A stretch of 24,068 nucleotides of DNA. Source: a plasmid. The translations under genes were made by a program, and so were the position numbers. Below the pieces are notes generated by a model. The model was not told the DNA's origin, ran no database searches, and saw only the letters and a list, made by a program, of their open reading frames with translations. The DNA lies in sequence record NZ_CP116716.1; one strand, given 5' to 3'. This document shows, piece by piece, positions 1-7,628 of the stretch. Position 1 is the first letter of the stretch. Each line of letters opens with the position of its first letter.

Positions 1-1377
1 ATGGGACAGGCACAGCTACGACTTTTCAGCCCAGCCGATGAGGCGGGTTGCTATCACGACACAGCCCGGCAGGGCTTTTTCTCGTTGCTCATGGCGACGG
101 GCGAGGGCAGCGGCAAGAAGCAGGACAGTTACCGGCTGTCACAGATGCCCGTGGTGCTCTCCATGCTCGACCACAGCCGGGATACCTGGCTGTCTCAGGC
201 TGAGTTCATCAAGCCCAATCGCCGCGTGGTCAACTTGGCCCGCATCGGCTTGCTGTTCGCCGATCTGGACACCTACCGCGAGCCGTGGGCGCAGGGGCGC
301 AGCCCCGAGCAACTGGCCGCCGCTGTCATGTTCCGCTGCTACGACGAAGGCGTGCCGCCGCCGTCGATCCTCGTTTTCTCTGGCCGTGGCGTGCAAGCAA
401 AGTGGCTGCTGGATGGCACCTTGCCGCGTCAGGCGCTGCCACGCTGGAATGCCTGCCAGCGTTACCTGATCGACCGTCTGGTCGGGCTGGGCGCTGATCC
501 AGCGGCCAAGGATGCAAGCCGCGTGCTGCGGCTGGTCAATACGGTGAACAGCAAGAGCGGCGAGGTTTGCCGCGTCATCCACGTTGAGCAAGGCCCGGAC
601 GGCGAGCCGATCCGGTACAACTTCGAGTATCTGGCCGAGGCGCTACTGCCGGTGGCCCGCTGGGACATCGAGGCCGACCGCAAGGCCCGCGCCGACCGTC
701 GCCAGTTCAAGCTGCTGCCGGGCGGCCAAACCGGCAACCTGCGCACGCTCAACGGGCGGCAACTGGCGTGGGATCGTCTGGAGGACTTGCGCACGCTGGC
801 CGCGCTGCGCGGCGGCGTGGCCGAGGGCGAGCGGATGCAGCACCTGTTTTGGCGGCTGAATTTCCTGCTGCTGTCAGGTGCGACGCACACCGGCCAGATG
901 TACCACGAGGCCGCCGCGCTGGCCCGTGAGCTTGACCCACGGTGGAACTACCGCAGCGCCGAGCTTATGACGCTGTACGCCAAGGCCAAGGCCCACGAAG
1001 CCGGGGAAAAGGTGGAGTTCGGCGGCAAGCAGTTTGCGCCGCTCTACACGCCCAAGAACGACACGCTTATCAGCCTGTTTCACATCACCGACGACGAGCA
1101 GCGCAAGCTGCGCACGCTCATCAGCCGGGACATGGCCGCAGAGCGCCACAGCGAGCGCGAGAAAGCCCGCAGACGTGCCGCTGGGGCTGTCGATCGTGCT
1201 TCCTATCTGGAAGCAGCCAGCGCCAAGCAGGCGCAGGCTTTGGCCCTCAAGGCGCAGGGTCTGAGCGTGCGGGCCATTGCTGCACAGATGGGCATTAGCA
1301 AGACCGCTGCCGGGCGCTACATCGCAGAGCCGGGAGAGTGTCCCAAGTCCATGCGTATTACAGGCGGGGAGGGCTGA
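1..1377 (+). CDS. Plasmid replication initiator (Rep). It has a candidate PriCT-like motif and a C-terminal HTH. It may be 5'-partial because it starts at the window edge.
   Basis: 458-aa ORF. The C-terminus carries an HTH (LSVRAIAAQMGISKTAAGRYI). A central segment 'GERMQHLFWRLNFLLL' looks like a primase C-terminal (PriCT)-type motif, as found in plasmid Rep proteins. The gene lies directly upstream of the tandem iteron array. Assignment is by pattern recognition, not a search. Confidence 0.55.
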   Translation: MGQAQLRLFSPADEAGCYHDTARQGFFSLLMATGEGSGKKQDSYRLSQMPVVLSMLDHSRDTWLSQAEFIKPNRRVVNLARIGLLFADLDTYREPWAQGRSPEQLAAAVMFRCYDEGVPPPSILVFSGRGVQAKWLLDGTLPRQALPRWNACQRYLIDRLVGLGADPAAKDASRVLRLVNTVNSKSGEVCRVIHVEQGPDGEPIRYNFEYLAEALLPVARWDIEADRKARADRRQFKLLPGGQTGNLRTLNGRQLAWDRLEDLRTLAALRGGVAEGERMQHLFWRLNFLLLSGATHTGQMYHEAAALARELDPRWNYRSAELMTLYAKAKAHEAGEKVEFGGKQFAPLYTPKNDTLISLFHITDDEQRKLRTLISRDMAAERHSEREKARRRAAGAVDRASYLEAASAKQAQALALKAQGLSVRAIAAQMGISKTAAGRYIAEPGECPKSMRITGGEG

Positions 1378-1470
1378 TCGTGAGGTGTTCAAAGTCCGTC
1401 CGTATTACTAATGGCGGAGCCTTCCGGGCGGGTGTCCCAAGTCCATGCGTATTACTAATGGCGAAGCCTA
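1338..1470. repeat. Second repeat family at the rep 3' end and oriV: three copies of AAGTCC(A/G)T(G/C)CGTATTAC, two of them extended by TAATGGCG(G/A)AGCC.
   Basis: A 24-bp stretch GTGTCCCAAGTCCATGCGTATTAC is identical at 1338-1361 and 1432-1455. A 31-bp imperfect copy lies at 1391-1421 versus 1438-1468. Spacings are 53 and 47 bp. Confidence 0.6.
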
Positions 1471-1481
1471 CGCCCGGCGCG

Positions 1482-1796
1482 TAGCGCCTGCCTTTGAGTA
1501 GCGCCTGCCTTTGAGTAGCGCCTGCCTTTGAGTAGCGCCTGCCTTTGAGTAGCGCCTGCCTTTGAGTAGCGCCTGCCTTTGAGTAGCGCCTGCCTTTGAG
1601 TAGCGCCTGCCTTTGAGTAGCGCCTGCCTTTGAGTAGCGCCTGCCTTTGAGTAGCGCCTGCCTTTGAGTAGCGCCTGCCTTTGAGTAGCGCCTGCCTTTG
1701 AGTAGCGCCTGCCTTTGAGTAGCGCCTGCCTTTGAGTAGCGCCTGCCTTTGAGTAGCGCCTGCCTTTGAGTAGCGCCTGCCTTTGAGTAGCGCCTG
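1482..1796. repeat. 18 perfect tandem copies of the 17-bp TAGCGCCTGCCTTTGAG plus one 9-bp partial copy. Candidate oriV iterons or copy-control array.
   Basis: Direct counting gives 306 bp = 18 x 17 bp with no spacers and no mismatches. The array is immediately downstream of the rep gene. The 118-aa ORF called on the minus strand is a repeat artefact. Confidence 0.9.
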
Positions 1797-1827
1797 AACG
1801 GCGCGGCCCCCTCGTCCAGTTCATCGG

Positions 1828-2136
1828 GTGGCTGTCATGAGTCGCGCCCGTCGATCCTTTCCGCCCGCGCTGCTGGATTCGTTGCGGGCAATGACGGTGC
1901 AGGAAACGCTAGACCGGCTGGGCCTGTACTGGAAACGTGAACCTGGCTTTGTGCCGGTGAAGGACAAGGCTACGGTGCGGCTGAATGTGTCCATTGGTGG
2001 CGGCGGTGTTGAGCTACTGGCGACCGGGCCGAAGTGGTACGACACGCGGAAAGAGCAGGGCGGCGGTGCCATCGACCTGACCATGCACCTGTTCAGATTG
2101 TCATTTGTGGATGCGGTCAAACGGCTGTCGCCTTGA
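1828..2136 (+). CDS. Hypothetical protein. The start may be GTG at 1828 or ATG at 1837.
   Basis: ORF of 102 aa with high GC3 consistent with coding. A weak GGGTGG Shine-Dalgarno precedes it. It sits between the iterons and kfrA. No confident family assignment. Confidence 0.4.
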   Translation: MAVMSRARRSFPPALLDSLRAMTVQETLDRLGLYWKREPGFVPVKDKATVRLNVSIGGGGVELLATGPKWYDTRKEQGGGAIDLTMHLFRLSFVDAVKRLSP

Positions 2137-2339
2137 TCGTGTTTGCAAGATGCCCCCGGCAGGGCCGCCGGAGGCCACTCGCCGCCGTGAGGCTCTGGGG
2201 GCAGGGTGGCGGTCTTCGCCCTTCGTCCTGCCCCCTTTCTTACCCTCTCAAAACGCGCTGTAGGCCCGTTTCTGGCCGACAACGAGCCGAAGGCGAGGCG
2301 TCAGCACGGTGTTTCACCAAAAACGAGCAGCCGACCGGG

Positions 2340-2441
2340 CAGCGGTACGTTACGAAAACCGCTCGCATATCGTATCTGTATTGCGTATCATATCTGTATT
2401 GGTACGATTTACGCTGATATGGTACGAAAGGAGCAACGATC
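2340..2441 (+). promoter_or_regulatory. AT-rich kfrA upstream region with short direct repeats (TATCTGTATTG x2, GGTACGA x2). Candidate kfrA promoter and operator, and/or the oriV AT-rich part.
   Basis: A local drop in GC and the repeats are seen directly. KfrA proteins are known autoregulators. AAAGGAG lies 8 nt before the ATG at 2442. Confidence 0.35.
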
Positions 2442-3353
2442 ATGGCACGTCAGGGCATCACTTTTGAGCAGGTCGCCGCCGTCGCTGATGCGCTGGCAGG
2501 CGAGGGTCAGCAGCCGACCATCCGGGCGGTGCGGGAGAAGCTGGGCGACACCGGCAGCCCGAACACTATTCACAAGCACTTGACCGCGTGGCGCGAGGCC
2601 CGCCCGGTGGCCGCAGCCGCTGCGCCGGAACTGCCGCAGGCGCTGACCGCTGCCATTGCCGCCGAGATCGAGCGGGCCGCATCGCGGGCACGCGGCGAGA
2701 TCGAGGGCCGTCTGGTGCAGGCGCAGGCGGAGGCCGCCGAACTGGCCGCCGCTGGCGAGGTGCTGGAAGGCGAACGCGACGAGCTGGCCGAGCAGGTGGC
2801 CGTGCTGACCACTGAGCGCGACACGCTGGCAGGCAAAGCCGCCCAGCAGGCCGCCGACTTGGCCGAGGCGCAGCAGCGCATCGAGCGCGAGCAGCAGGCG
2901 GCAGAGTCTGCCCGGCTGGAGGTGGCAACCGCCCGGCACAAGATCGAGGCGCAGGCCGAGCGCGTGAGCGAGCAGGCCGCCGAGCTTGAGCGCCTACGCG
3001 CCGCACTGGCCGAGGCACAGCAGGGCCGCACCGCCGCCGAACAACAGGCCGCCGTGCTGGCCGCCAAGCTGGAGGCGTGCGCCGACCGTGTGAGCCGCGC
3101 AGAGGCCCGCGCCGAGCAGATCGAGCAGCAGGCCGCCAAGGCTGCACAGGCCCACGACACCGCCCGCGCCGCAGCAGCGCAGGAAACCCGGCAGACGCAG
3201 GCCGAGCGTGACGAGGCTCGCAAGGTGGCAGCAGAGGCCCGCGAGCAGGCCGCACGACTTACCGGGCAGCTTGAGGCGCTGCAACGGCAGCAGGACAAAG
3301 CCGAGGCCGCCGAGAAGGCCACGAAGGCACCGAAAGGGAAGGGGGGCGAGTGA
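2442..3353 (+). CDS. kfrA: KfrA-like DNA-binding protein: N-terminal HTH plus a long Ala/Glu/Gln-rich coiled coil.
   Basis: The N-terminus MARQGITFEQVAAVADALAGEGQQPTIRAVREKLGDTGSPNTIHKHL matches the KfrA N-terminal DNA-binding domain. The remaining ~250 aa are low-complexity A/E/Q/R heptad-like sequence typical of KfrA. There is a strong RBS. Confidence 0.85.
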   Translation: MARQGITFEQVAAVADALAGEGQQPTIRAVREKLGDTGSPNTIHKHLTAWREARPVAAAAAPELPQALTAAIAAEIERAASRARGEIEGRLVQAQAEAAELAAAGEVLEGERDELAEQVAVLTTERDTLAGKAAQQAADLAEAQQRIEREQQAAESARLEVATARHKIEAQAERVSEQAAELERLRAALAEAQQGRTAAEQQAAVLAAKLEACADRVSRAEARAEQIEQQAAKAAQAHDTARAAAAQETRQTQAERDEARKVAAEAREQAARLTGQLEALQRQQDKAEAAEKATKAPKGKGGE

Positions 3354-3544
3354 TGCCAAGCGCCGCAGAATTTCAGGCGCTGTCCGATGAGTTGCGGCAG
3401 CTTGGGGCGGTGATCGTGCAGGCTGCGAACCTGGGCGATCAGGAGCTTGCATTGTGGGCCGTGGGGGCGCTGTCATCCGCAGCCGCCCGGCCTGCATGGT
3501 GGGCGAGAGAGGCCGCAGACAGCGAAGCTGTGGGATGCAAATAA
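3353..3544 (+). CDS. Small hypothetical protein, translationally coupled to kfrA (TGATG overlap). It sits in the position of kfrB/upf54.8.
   Basis: ATG at 3353 overlaps the kfrA stop codon at 3351-3353. A GGGAAGGGGGG Shine-Dalgarno lies upstream. 63 aa. No recognisable domain. Confidence 0.4.
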   Translation: MPSAAEFQALSDELRQLGAVIVQAANLGDQELALWAVGALSSAAARPAWWAREAADSEAVGCK

Positions 3545-3676
3545 AGTCCCATCCTAAGCTACGCCAATTTTCAGGACTGTTTTGAAAGACTCAGGCTTGG
3601 CAGGCGGGTAAAGTGTCATTCTGAAAGGATCGCGTGGCATTGGGCGCGGCCTGAATCGTGAAAATAAAGTCTCATA
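3544..3676 (+). repeat. Two direct copies of the AT-rich 16-bp motif AAATAAAGTC(C/T)CAT(C/A)C, at 3544-3559 and 3661-3676, upstream of the exonuclease gene.
   Basis: Seen directly. The motif is AT-rich within a GC-rich intergenic region. Confidence 0.6.
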
Positions 3677-3738
3677 CTTTCGAGCGTCTGAATCGTCGCC
3701 CACTACCGCCGGGACTGAGACACCAACAAGGGGGGCGT

Positions 3739-4566
3739 ATGCCCAAAACCCGAAAACACCTCACCCCGACCGAAGCAGAGGCCAAGGGGCTTCTATGCCG
3801 TAAGCACCTCAAGGAACGCCTCCGCCTCATGCCGGGACTAAACACCAAGCCCGCTGGCAGTGTCTGGCAAGGTCAGGGGGCTTATGATGTGTACAACCCA
3901 GCCGAGTGCGTGCCGTGGCGCTGGATGCCTGGGCGTGCCCAAGTCCGTCGCCAGCACGTCGCAGCGCAGGCAAAAGACCTGATCGCCGCAGGCTGCATTG
4001 TGCTCGACACCGAAACCACCGGCCTCGGTGATGACGCCGAGATTTGCGAGATAACCATACTCGACGTGACCGGCGCACCGATCCTCGACACGCTGGTACG
4101 CCCGACCCGGCCAATCCCGGTCGAGGCGACAGCGATTCACAAAATCACCGACGCCATGGTGGCCAGTGCGCCGAGCTGGCCCGAGGTGGCCGAGCAGTAC
4201 GCCGCCGCCGTTGCTGGCCGAACCGTCGTTGCCTACAACGTCGCTTTTGATGCGCGCTTGCTGCGGCAGACCTATCAGATACACGGAATCACCGCGCCAG
4301 TGTTGACGACCGCTTGCGCGATGCTGATGTATGCCGAGTGGCATGGAGAGTACGACCGGAGCCGCGACCGCTGGCGATGGTTGAAGCTGATCGAGGCTGC
4401 GACCGACTGCGGCGTGGCAGAAGACGGCGCACACCGCGCCCTTGCCGACGCCCGCATGACGCTGGGTGTGCTGCGATACTTGCAGCGCCGCACGAACGGA
4501 CGGCGACCGGCAGGGCCGAAAGTGGCCACCGTCCCGCAGGAGGCTTTGCCCTCTGTTTTAGGATGA
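3739..4566 (+). CDS. DEDDh-family 3'-5' exonuclease (DnaQ / DNA polymerase III epsilon-like domain) with an ~85-aa basic N-terminal extension.
   Basis: Exo I motif VLDTETTGL, Exo II VAYNVAFDARLL and Exo III H-x4-D (GAHRALADARMT) are all recognisable. ATG at 3739 has a GGGGGG RBS. The upstream GTG at 3658 suggested by the ORF track overlaps the repeat motif and is less likely. Confidence 0.8.
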   Translation: MPKTRKHLTPTEAEAKGLLCRKHLKERLRLMPGLNTKPAGSVWQGQGAYDVYNPAECVPWRWMPGRAQVRRQHVAAQAKDLIAAGCIVLDTETTGLGDDAEICEITILDVTGAPILDTLVRPTRPIPVEATAIHKITDAMVASAPSWPEVAEQYAAAVAGRTVVAYNVAFDARLLRQTYQIHGITAPVLTTACAMLMYAEWHGEYDRSRDRWRWLKLIEAATDCGVAEDGAHRALADARMTLGVLRYLQRRTNGRRPAGPKVATVPQEALPSVLG

Positions 4567-4615
4567 AACTCTATTTCAAAGAATGAGACTTTATTTGTAC
4601 GGATGAATCTTTATT
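4562..4615 (-). repeat. Three inverted copies of the same 16-bp motif (4562-4577, 4580-4595, 4601-4615), immediately downstream of the exonuclease gene.
   Basis: The reverse complements are AAATAGAGTTTCATCC, AAATAAAGTCTCATTC and AATAAAGATTCATCC. They match the upstream motif at 12-15 of 16 positions. Spacing is about 19-21 bp. Confidence 0.6.
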
Positions 4616-5313
4616 CGCATCCCACACATGGCTTCTAACCACGCTTCGTGCATCCAGAATGGGGCTATTTTTCCGTGCTGAAGTGTGCAAAGCGGATTGA
4701 GCACCCGGCGTGGGTTCTTCCATGTCTCGACGGAGAGCAACAGGCCGTCCGCATGGACGGAAAAGACTGGTAGTGCTTTCGGCTGGCCCTTCTTCTTGCC
4801 TTGCGTTTCGGTTGGCTTGAGGTCGTCCCAAACGCCTTGCACGGTTTTGTTCAGTTCGTCGATGAAGCGTTCCGGCATGGTTTTCAAGAGTTCGGCAGTG
4901 ATTGCGTTCGCGTCCTCAAATTGCTTTCTTGCTTCGGCTTCCTTTTTCCGTCGTTTTTGCCGCTCCTGTTCGTATTCGTCTAAGGTTTGCCTGTGTCTGC
5001 GCTGTGCTTCAGCTTCCGCTTCTTCAGCTTGCCTTCGTGCTTCCTCTTTGGCTTTCTGTCGGCGTGCTTCACCCTCTGCTGTGAGTGCTGGTTTTACCAG
5101 TTCGCCAGACTTGGCCTCGATGGTGATCGAAAGCGGTTCGCCGCGATGGTCTACCAGATCGAAAGGCAGACCATCCGCATCGAATGCCGTGAGGTAAAGA
5201 TTGGCCCCATAGACCTTGTGCCCCGGCCTCACAGCTTCGTATTTTTCTGCTGCTGCGTGCAGTGCTTCCGCTAGGCGTTCTGCCGTGATTTCTCCTTTGA
5301 TCTTGATTCTCAT
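4591..5313 (-). CDS. Hypothetical protein with a central highly charged (K/E/R/Q-rich) segment. It is the last gene of the traK/L/M-like operon.
   Basis: 241 aa counted from ATG at 5313, which has a GGAGG RBS and an ATGA overlap with the upstream gene. The longer ORF start at 5382 lacks an RBS. Confidence 0.6.
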   Translation of the reverse strand: MRIKIKGEITAERLAEALHAAAEKYEAVRPGHKVYGANLYLTAFDADGLPFDLVDHRGEPLSITIEAKSGELVKPALTAEGEARRQKAKEEARRQAEEAEAEAQRRHRQTLDEYEQERQKRRKKEAEARKQFEDANAITAELLKTMPERFIDELNKTVQGVWDDLKPTETQGKKKGQPKALPVFSVHADGLLLSVETWKNPRRVLNPLCTLQHGKIAPFWMHEAWLEAMCGMRIKIHPYK

Positions 5314-5960
5314 GGCAACCTCCATCCGTAGGTGCCATCCGATGCGGGCTTGACGTAGCACACGCCTTTTTCGACGTACCACCCCGGCCTATCGCACTTC
5401 GCCAAGCTGGCGAGGCTTCCCGTTTGAGCGAAGCGGTAGGCCAAGCGCCCCTCTGGCGTGTTGGCCCATGCCGCCGCCGCTTTCTCGTCCTTGGCTTCGG
5501 TGTATCCCGCGCCGTATCCGGCGCCGTATCCGGCCTGATAGCCCGAATCCTTGCCGCTGCTGTGCATGTACCAGCCGAACAGGCCGACGCACAGGAAGGC
5601 CACGGCGATGCAGCCCGCCGCCCACTGCCACATCTGCTTTGCTGATGTGTTGTGCGCGACCTCTTGCGCTGCTGCTGCTACCGCTTGCGCCAAATCCGCC
5701 TTGGCTGCTTCCGCTGATGCTTTCACGGTTGCATCCGCCGTTACCTTGAAATTGACCAAGGTATCTTTGGCTGCTTGTGCTATCGCTTGCGGGAACTTCT
5801 CATACTGGCCTTGGTAGTGTTGCAAGGCCATGAGCACCAGCCACAGCGCATCATTGTTTTTCAGGCCGAGTGCATCCCGAACCCGGTAAAGACTTTGCCG
5901 CTCCGCGTCACTAGGTTGCCTGCCGAGCAGCTTTGCAAAGCTGTCGTCTAGGTCACTCAT
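5310..5960 (-). CDS. TraM/MobE-like membrane protein (putative). It has one predicted transmembrane helix and a GYGAGYGAGY repeat.
   Basis: It occupies the position of traM/mobE downstream of the traL-like gene. The hydrophobic segment is WAAGCIAVAFLCVGLFGWY. It overlaps the upstream gene by 8 bp and has a GGAGG RBS. Confidence 0.5.
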   Translation of the reverse strand: MSDLDDSFAKLLGRQPSDAERQSLYRVRDALGLKNNDALWLVLMALQHYQGQYEKFPQAIAQAAKDTLVNFKVTADATVKASAEAAKADLAQAVAAAAQEVAHNTSAKQMWQWAAGCIAVAFLCVGLFGWYMHSSGKDSGYQAGYGAGYGAGYTEAKDEKAAAAWANTPEGRLAYRFAQTGSLASLAKCDRPGWYVEKGVCYVKPASDGTYGWRLP

Positions 5961-6636
5961 GGACTACGGCCTCCAATACCTTTTTGGCCTCGTTGCGCCA
6001 CCGCGTAAGCTCCGCACGGTTGCCAATGGGTAATTCCTTGAGTGCTACCGCAATGCTCATGCGCTTGCTGTAAATGTCATCGCTCACACGGTCGGCCATG
6101 TCCGGGAATGTCACCGATTTCCCGCCGCGTTCCTCTACCGCCGTGCGCAGCTTGGAGCCGTTGTAAAGCTCGAACTTATTTTCTTCCCCGAAGTGTCCAT
6201 TGCGTACCACATGAACATCCGCATTCGGAATTGCGTCCATGTATTCCTTGAGCAGTTCGAGGCTATCCCGTTGGCGGTTAATCACCCACAGCGTGACCAG
6301 CTTCCGCTTGAGTTCTTCAAGCGTGCTATTCAGTGTTTCACCGTAGGCGCTCACGCCCTTGTTATTCCGTGCTGCCGTGTTGATTACCACGACGCTATCC
6401 GGCTTGCTATCGCACAAGTTCACTAGCTGAATCCATCCGTCCGCCTCATCCAGATTGATAAGCTCCGTTTCCGTGCTTTCTTTATAGGCCTTCCATACGT
6501 CCGGGTTAGAGGTGTCAGACTCAATCAGCAAGACGCTTTCGCCGCGCTCTTGCAGGTAATCAACCGTTGCCATCGTGACAAGCGACTTGCCAACGCCGCC
6601 CTTGCTGCCACCGATCAGGTAAATGCTTTTCGCCAT
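5953..6636 (-). CDS. TraL/MobD-like P-loop ATPase (IncP Tra1 TraL family).
   Basis: The N-terminus MAKSIYLIGGSKGGVGKSLVTMATVDYL carries a deviant Walker A motif. It resembles RP4 TraL (MAKIHMVLQGKGGVGKSAIAA..., recalled from memory). There is an AAGGAG RBS. Confidence 0.7.
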   Translation of the reverse strand: MAKSIYLIGGSKGGVGKSLVTMATVDYLQERGESVLLIESDTSNPDVWKAYKESTETELINLDEADGWIQLVNLCDSKPDSVVVINTAARNNKGVSAYGETLNSTLEELKRKLVTLWVINRQRDSLELLKEYMDAIPNADVHVVRNGHFGEENKFELYNGSKLRTAVEERGGKSVTFPDMADRVSDDIYSKRMSIAVALKELPIGNRAELTRWRNEAKKVLEAVVHE

Positions 6637-6648
6637 GTTGCTTACTCC

Positions 6649-7005
6649 TTAAATGTCGTCGCTGTCAGGTTTCGGGGTGAATGTCGCCTTTGATGTATCC
6701 GCAGGCTTCTTGACGGCGGGGCGGGGGCGGGGTGTGTCTCCCGGTGCTTGCACCGGAGCTTTTTTCGCTGGCTTTGCTCTCTGCAGGTAGCTCTTGAGTG
6801 TTGGAGTTGCGATGCTCAGACCTTCACCGCGCAGCGTCTCGGAAATCTGGTCAAGCGTGTATCCACGCTTTTGCAACAAGGCGATTTCCTTCGAGAGTAT
6901 GCGCACGGCATCTTGCTTGCTGTGCTCTTGCTTCTTTTTCTCGACTGGCGGCATCTCTCGCAGCTTTGCAGCGATAGCCTCTAGCTGTTCTGTCGTGCAC
7001 TTCAT
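6649..7005 (-). CDS. TraK/MobC-like oriT-binding accessory protein (putative).
   Basis: 118 aa counted from ATG at 7005, which has an AAGGAG RBS. The C-terminal Pro/Lys-rich tail '...TPKPDSDDI' and the overall architecture resemble IncP TraK. It is the first gene of the operon that diverges from the relaxase operon. Confidence 0.55.
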   Translation of the reverse strand: MKCTTEQLEAIAAKLREMPPVEKKKQEHSKQDAVRILSKEIALLQKRGYTLDQISETLRGEGLSIATPTLKSYLQRAKPAKKAPVQAPGDTPRPRPAVKKPADTSKATFTPKPDSDDI

Positions 7006-7086
7006 CGTGCTAACTCCTTTGCTTACTTGTTGCGGAGTTGACAGCATAGCGCCATTTGTGCTTGTTGCAAAGTGCGTCCCGTGCAC

Positions 7087-7316
7087 CTAAACTGCTGATA
7101 CGATAGTAGAGCGGATGAGCTTAACAGGATGGCCGTTGTAACACACATGGCTTCGCCACGTGGTTCCAACGGACGCCAGACCATTCGGCGCTTCGCTTCT
7201 CACGGTCTGGCTCATCCTGCAAGGGGCAAGCCCCTTGACCCCGGACAGTGCGGCGCTTCGCTTCTTACTTTCCAAGACACCCCGCCCCCCTCGCTCCCCG
7301 GCTAGAAGGAGACACG
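7087..7316. promoter_or_regulatory. Candidate oriT with divergent promoters.
   Basis: This is the divergent intergenic region between the traK-like and traJ-like genes. There is an IncP-type nic-like motif ATCCTGC at 7213-7219. Directly adjacent is a perfect 8-bp-stem hairpin, CAAGGGGC-AA-GCCCCTTG, at 7220-7237. There are 15-bp direct repeats CGGCGCTTCGCTTCT at 7186-7200 and 7251-7265. Confidence 0.5.
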
Positions 7317-7628
7317 ATGCCATTTGAAACGCAGGGGCCGGAACCGCTGGACGCCGTTATCAATGTACGGCTGACCGCAGCGGAGAAGGCCAAGTTGAAG
7401 GAGGACGCCGACCTTGCCGGGTTGAGCATGTCCGAGCTTGTCCGCCGCCGCTACTTTGGCAGACCGATCATTGCCAATGCGGACGCTGTGATGCTCAAAG
7501 AGCTGCGCCGCATCGGTGGGTTGCTCAAGCACATTCACAACGAAAGCGGAGGCATTTACAGCAAGGACACAGCCGGGGCGCTGCTGGCAGTGAAAGCCTA
7601 CATCGAGAGGTTGAGCCGTGATCGTTAA
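7317..7628 (+). CDS. Relaxosome accessory protein: MobC / TraJ / MobB-like ribbon-helix-helix.
   Basis: VRLTAAEKAKLKEDADLAGLSMSELVRRRYF is a typical MobC-family RHH motif. There is a strong GAAGGAG RBS. The stop codon overlaps the relaxase start. Confidence 0.7.
   Translation: MPFETQGPEPLDAVINVRLTAAEKAKLKEDADLAGLSMSELVRRRYFGRPIIANADAVMLKELRRIGGLLKHIHNESGGIYSKDTAGALLAVKAYIERLSRDR

Noticed and set aside
1468-1824. 118-aa minus-strand ORF with internal amino-acid repeats (ATQRQALLKGRRYSKAG x n).
   Set aside because: It is purely the translation of the 17-bp tandem repeat array (17 x 3 = 51 nt gives a 17-aa period). It is not a gene. It was also considered as CRISPR-like, but there are no spacers. 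The units are contiguous and identical.
2566-3497. Several long Arg/Ala-rich ORFs on both strands overlapping kfrA.
   Set aside because: These are frame-shifted or antisense readings of the GC-rich, low-complexity kfrA coiled-coil region. They have no RBS and no plausible protein composition.
3625-3645. AGTGTCATTCTGAAAGGA, which resembles the Tn402 IRt/IRi core (TGTCATTTTCAGAAG).
   Set aside because: It matches only 12 of 15 positions. It has no partner repeat and no adjacent 19-bp TniA-site repeats. It is probably coincidental.
3658-3738. GTG start at 3658 extending the exonuclease to 302 aa.
   Set aside because: It has no RBS and overlaps the AT-rich repeat motif. ATG at 3739 has a strong GGGGGG Shine-Dalgarno.
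7248-7316. Longer N-terminus (MRRFASYFPRH...) for the MobC-like gene.
   Set aside because: It lies inside the oriT region and has no RBS. ATG at 7317 has GAAGGAG.
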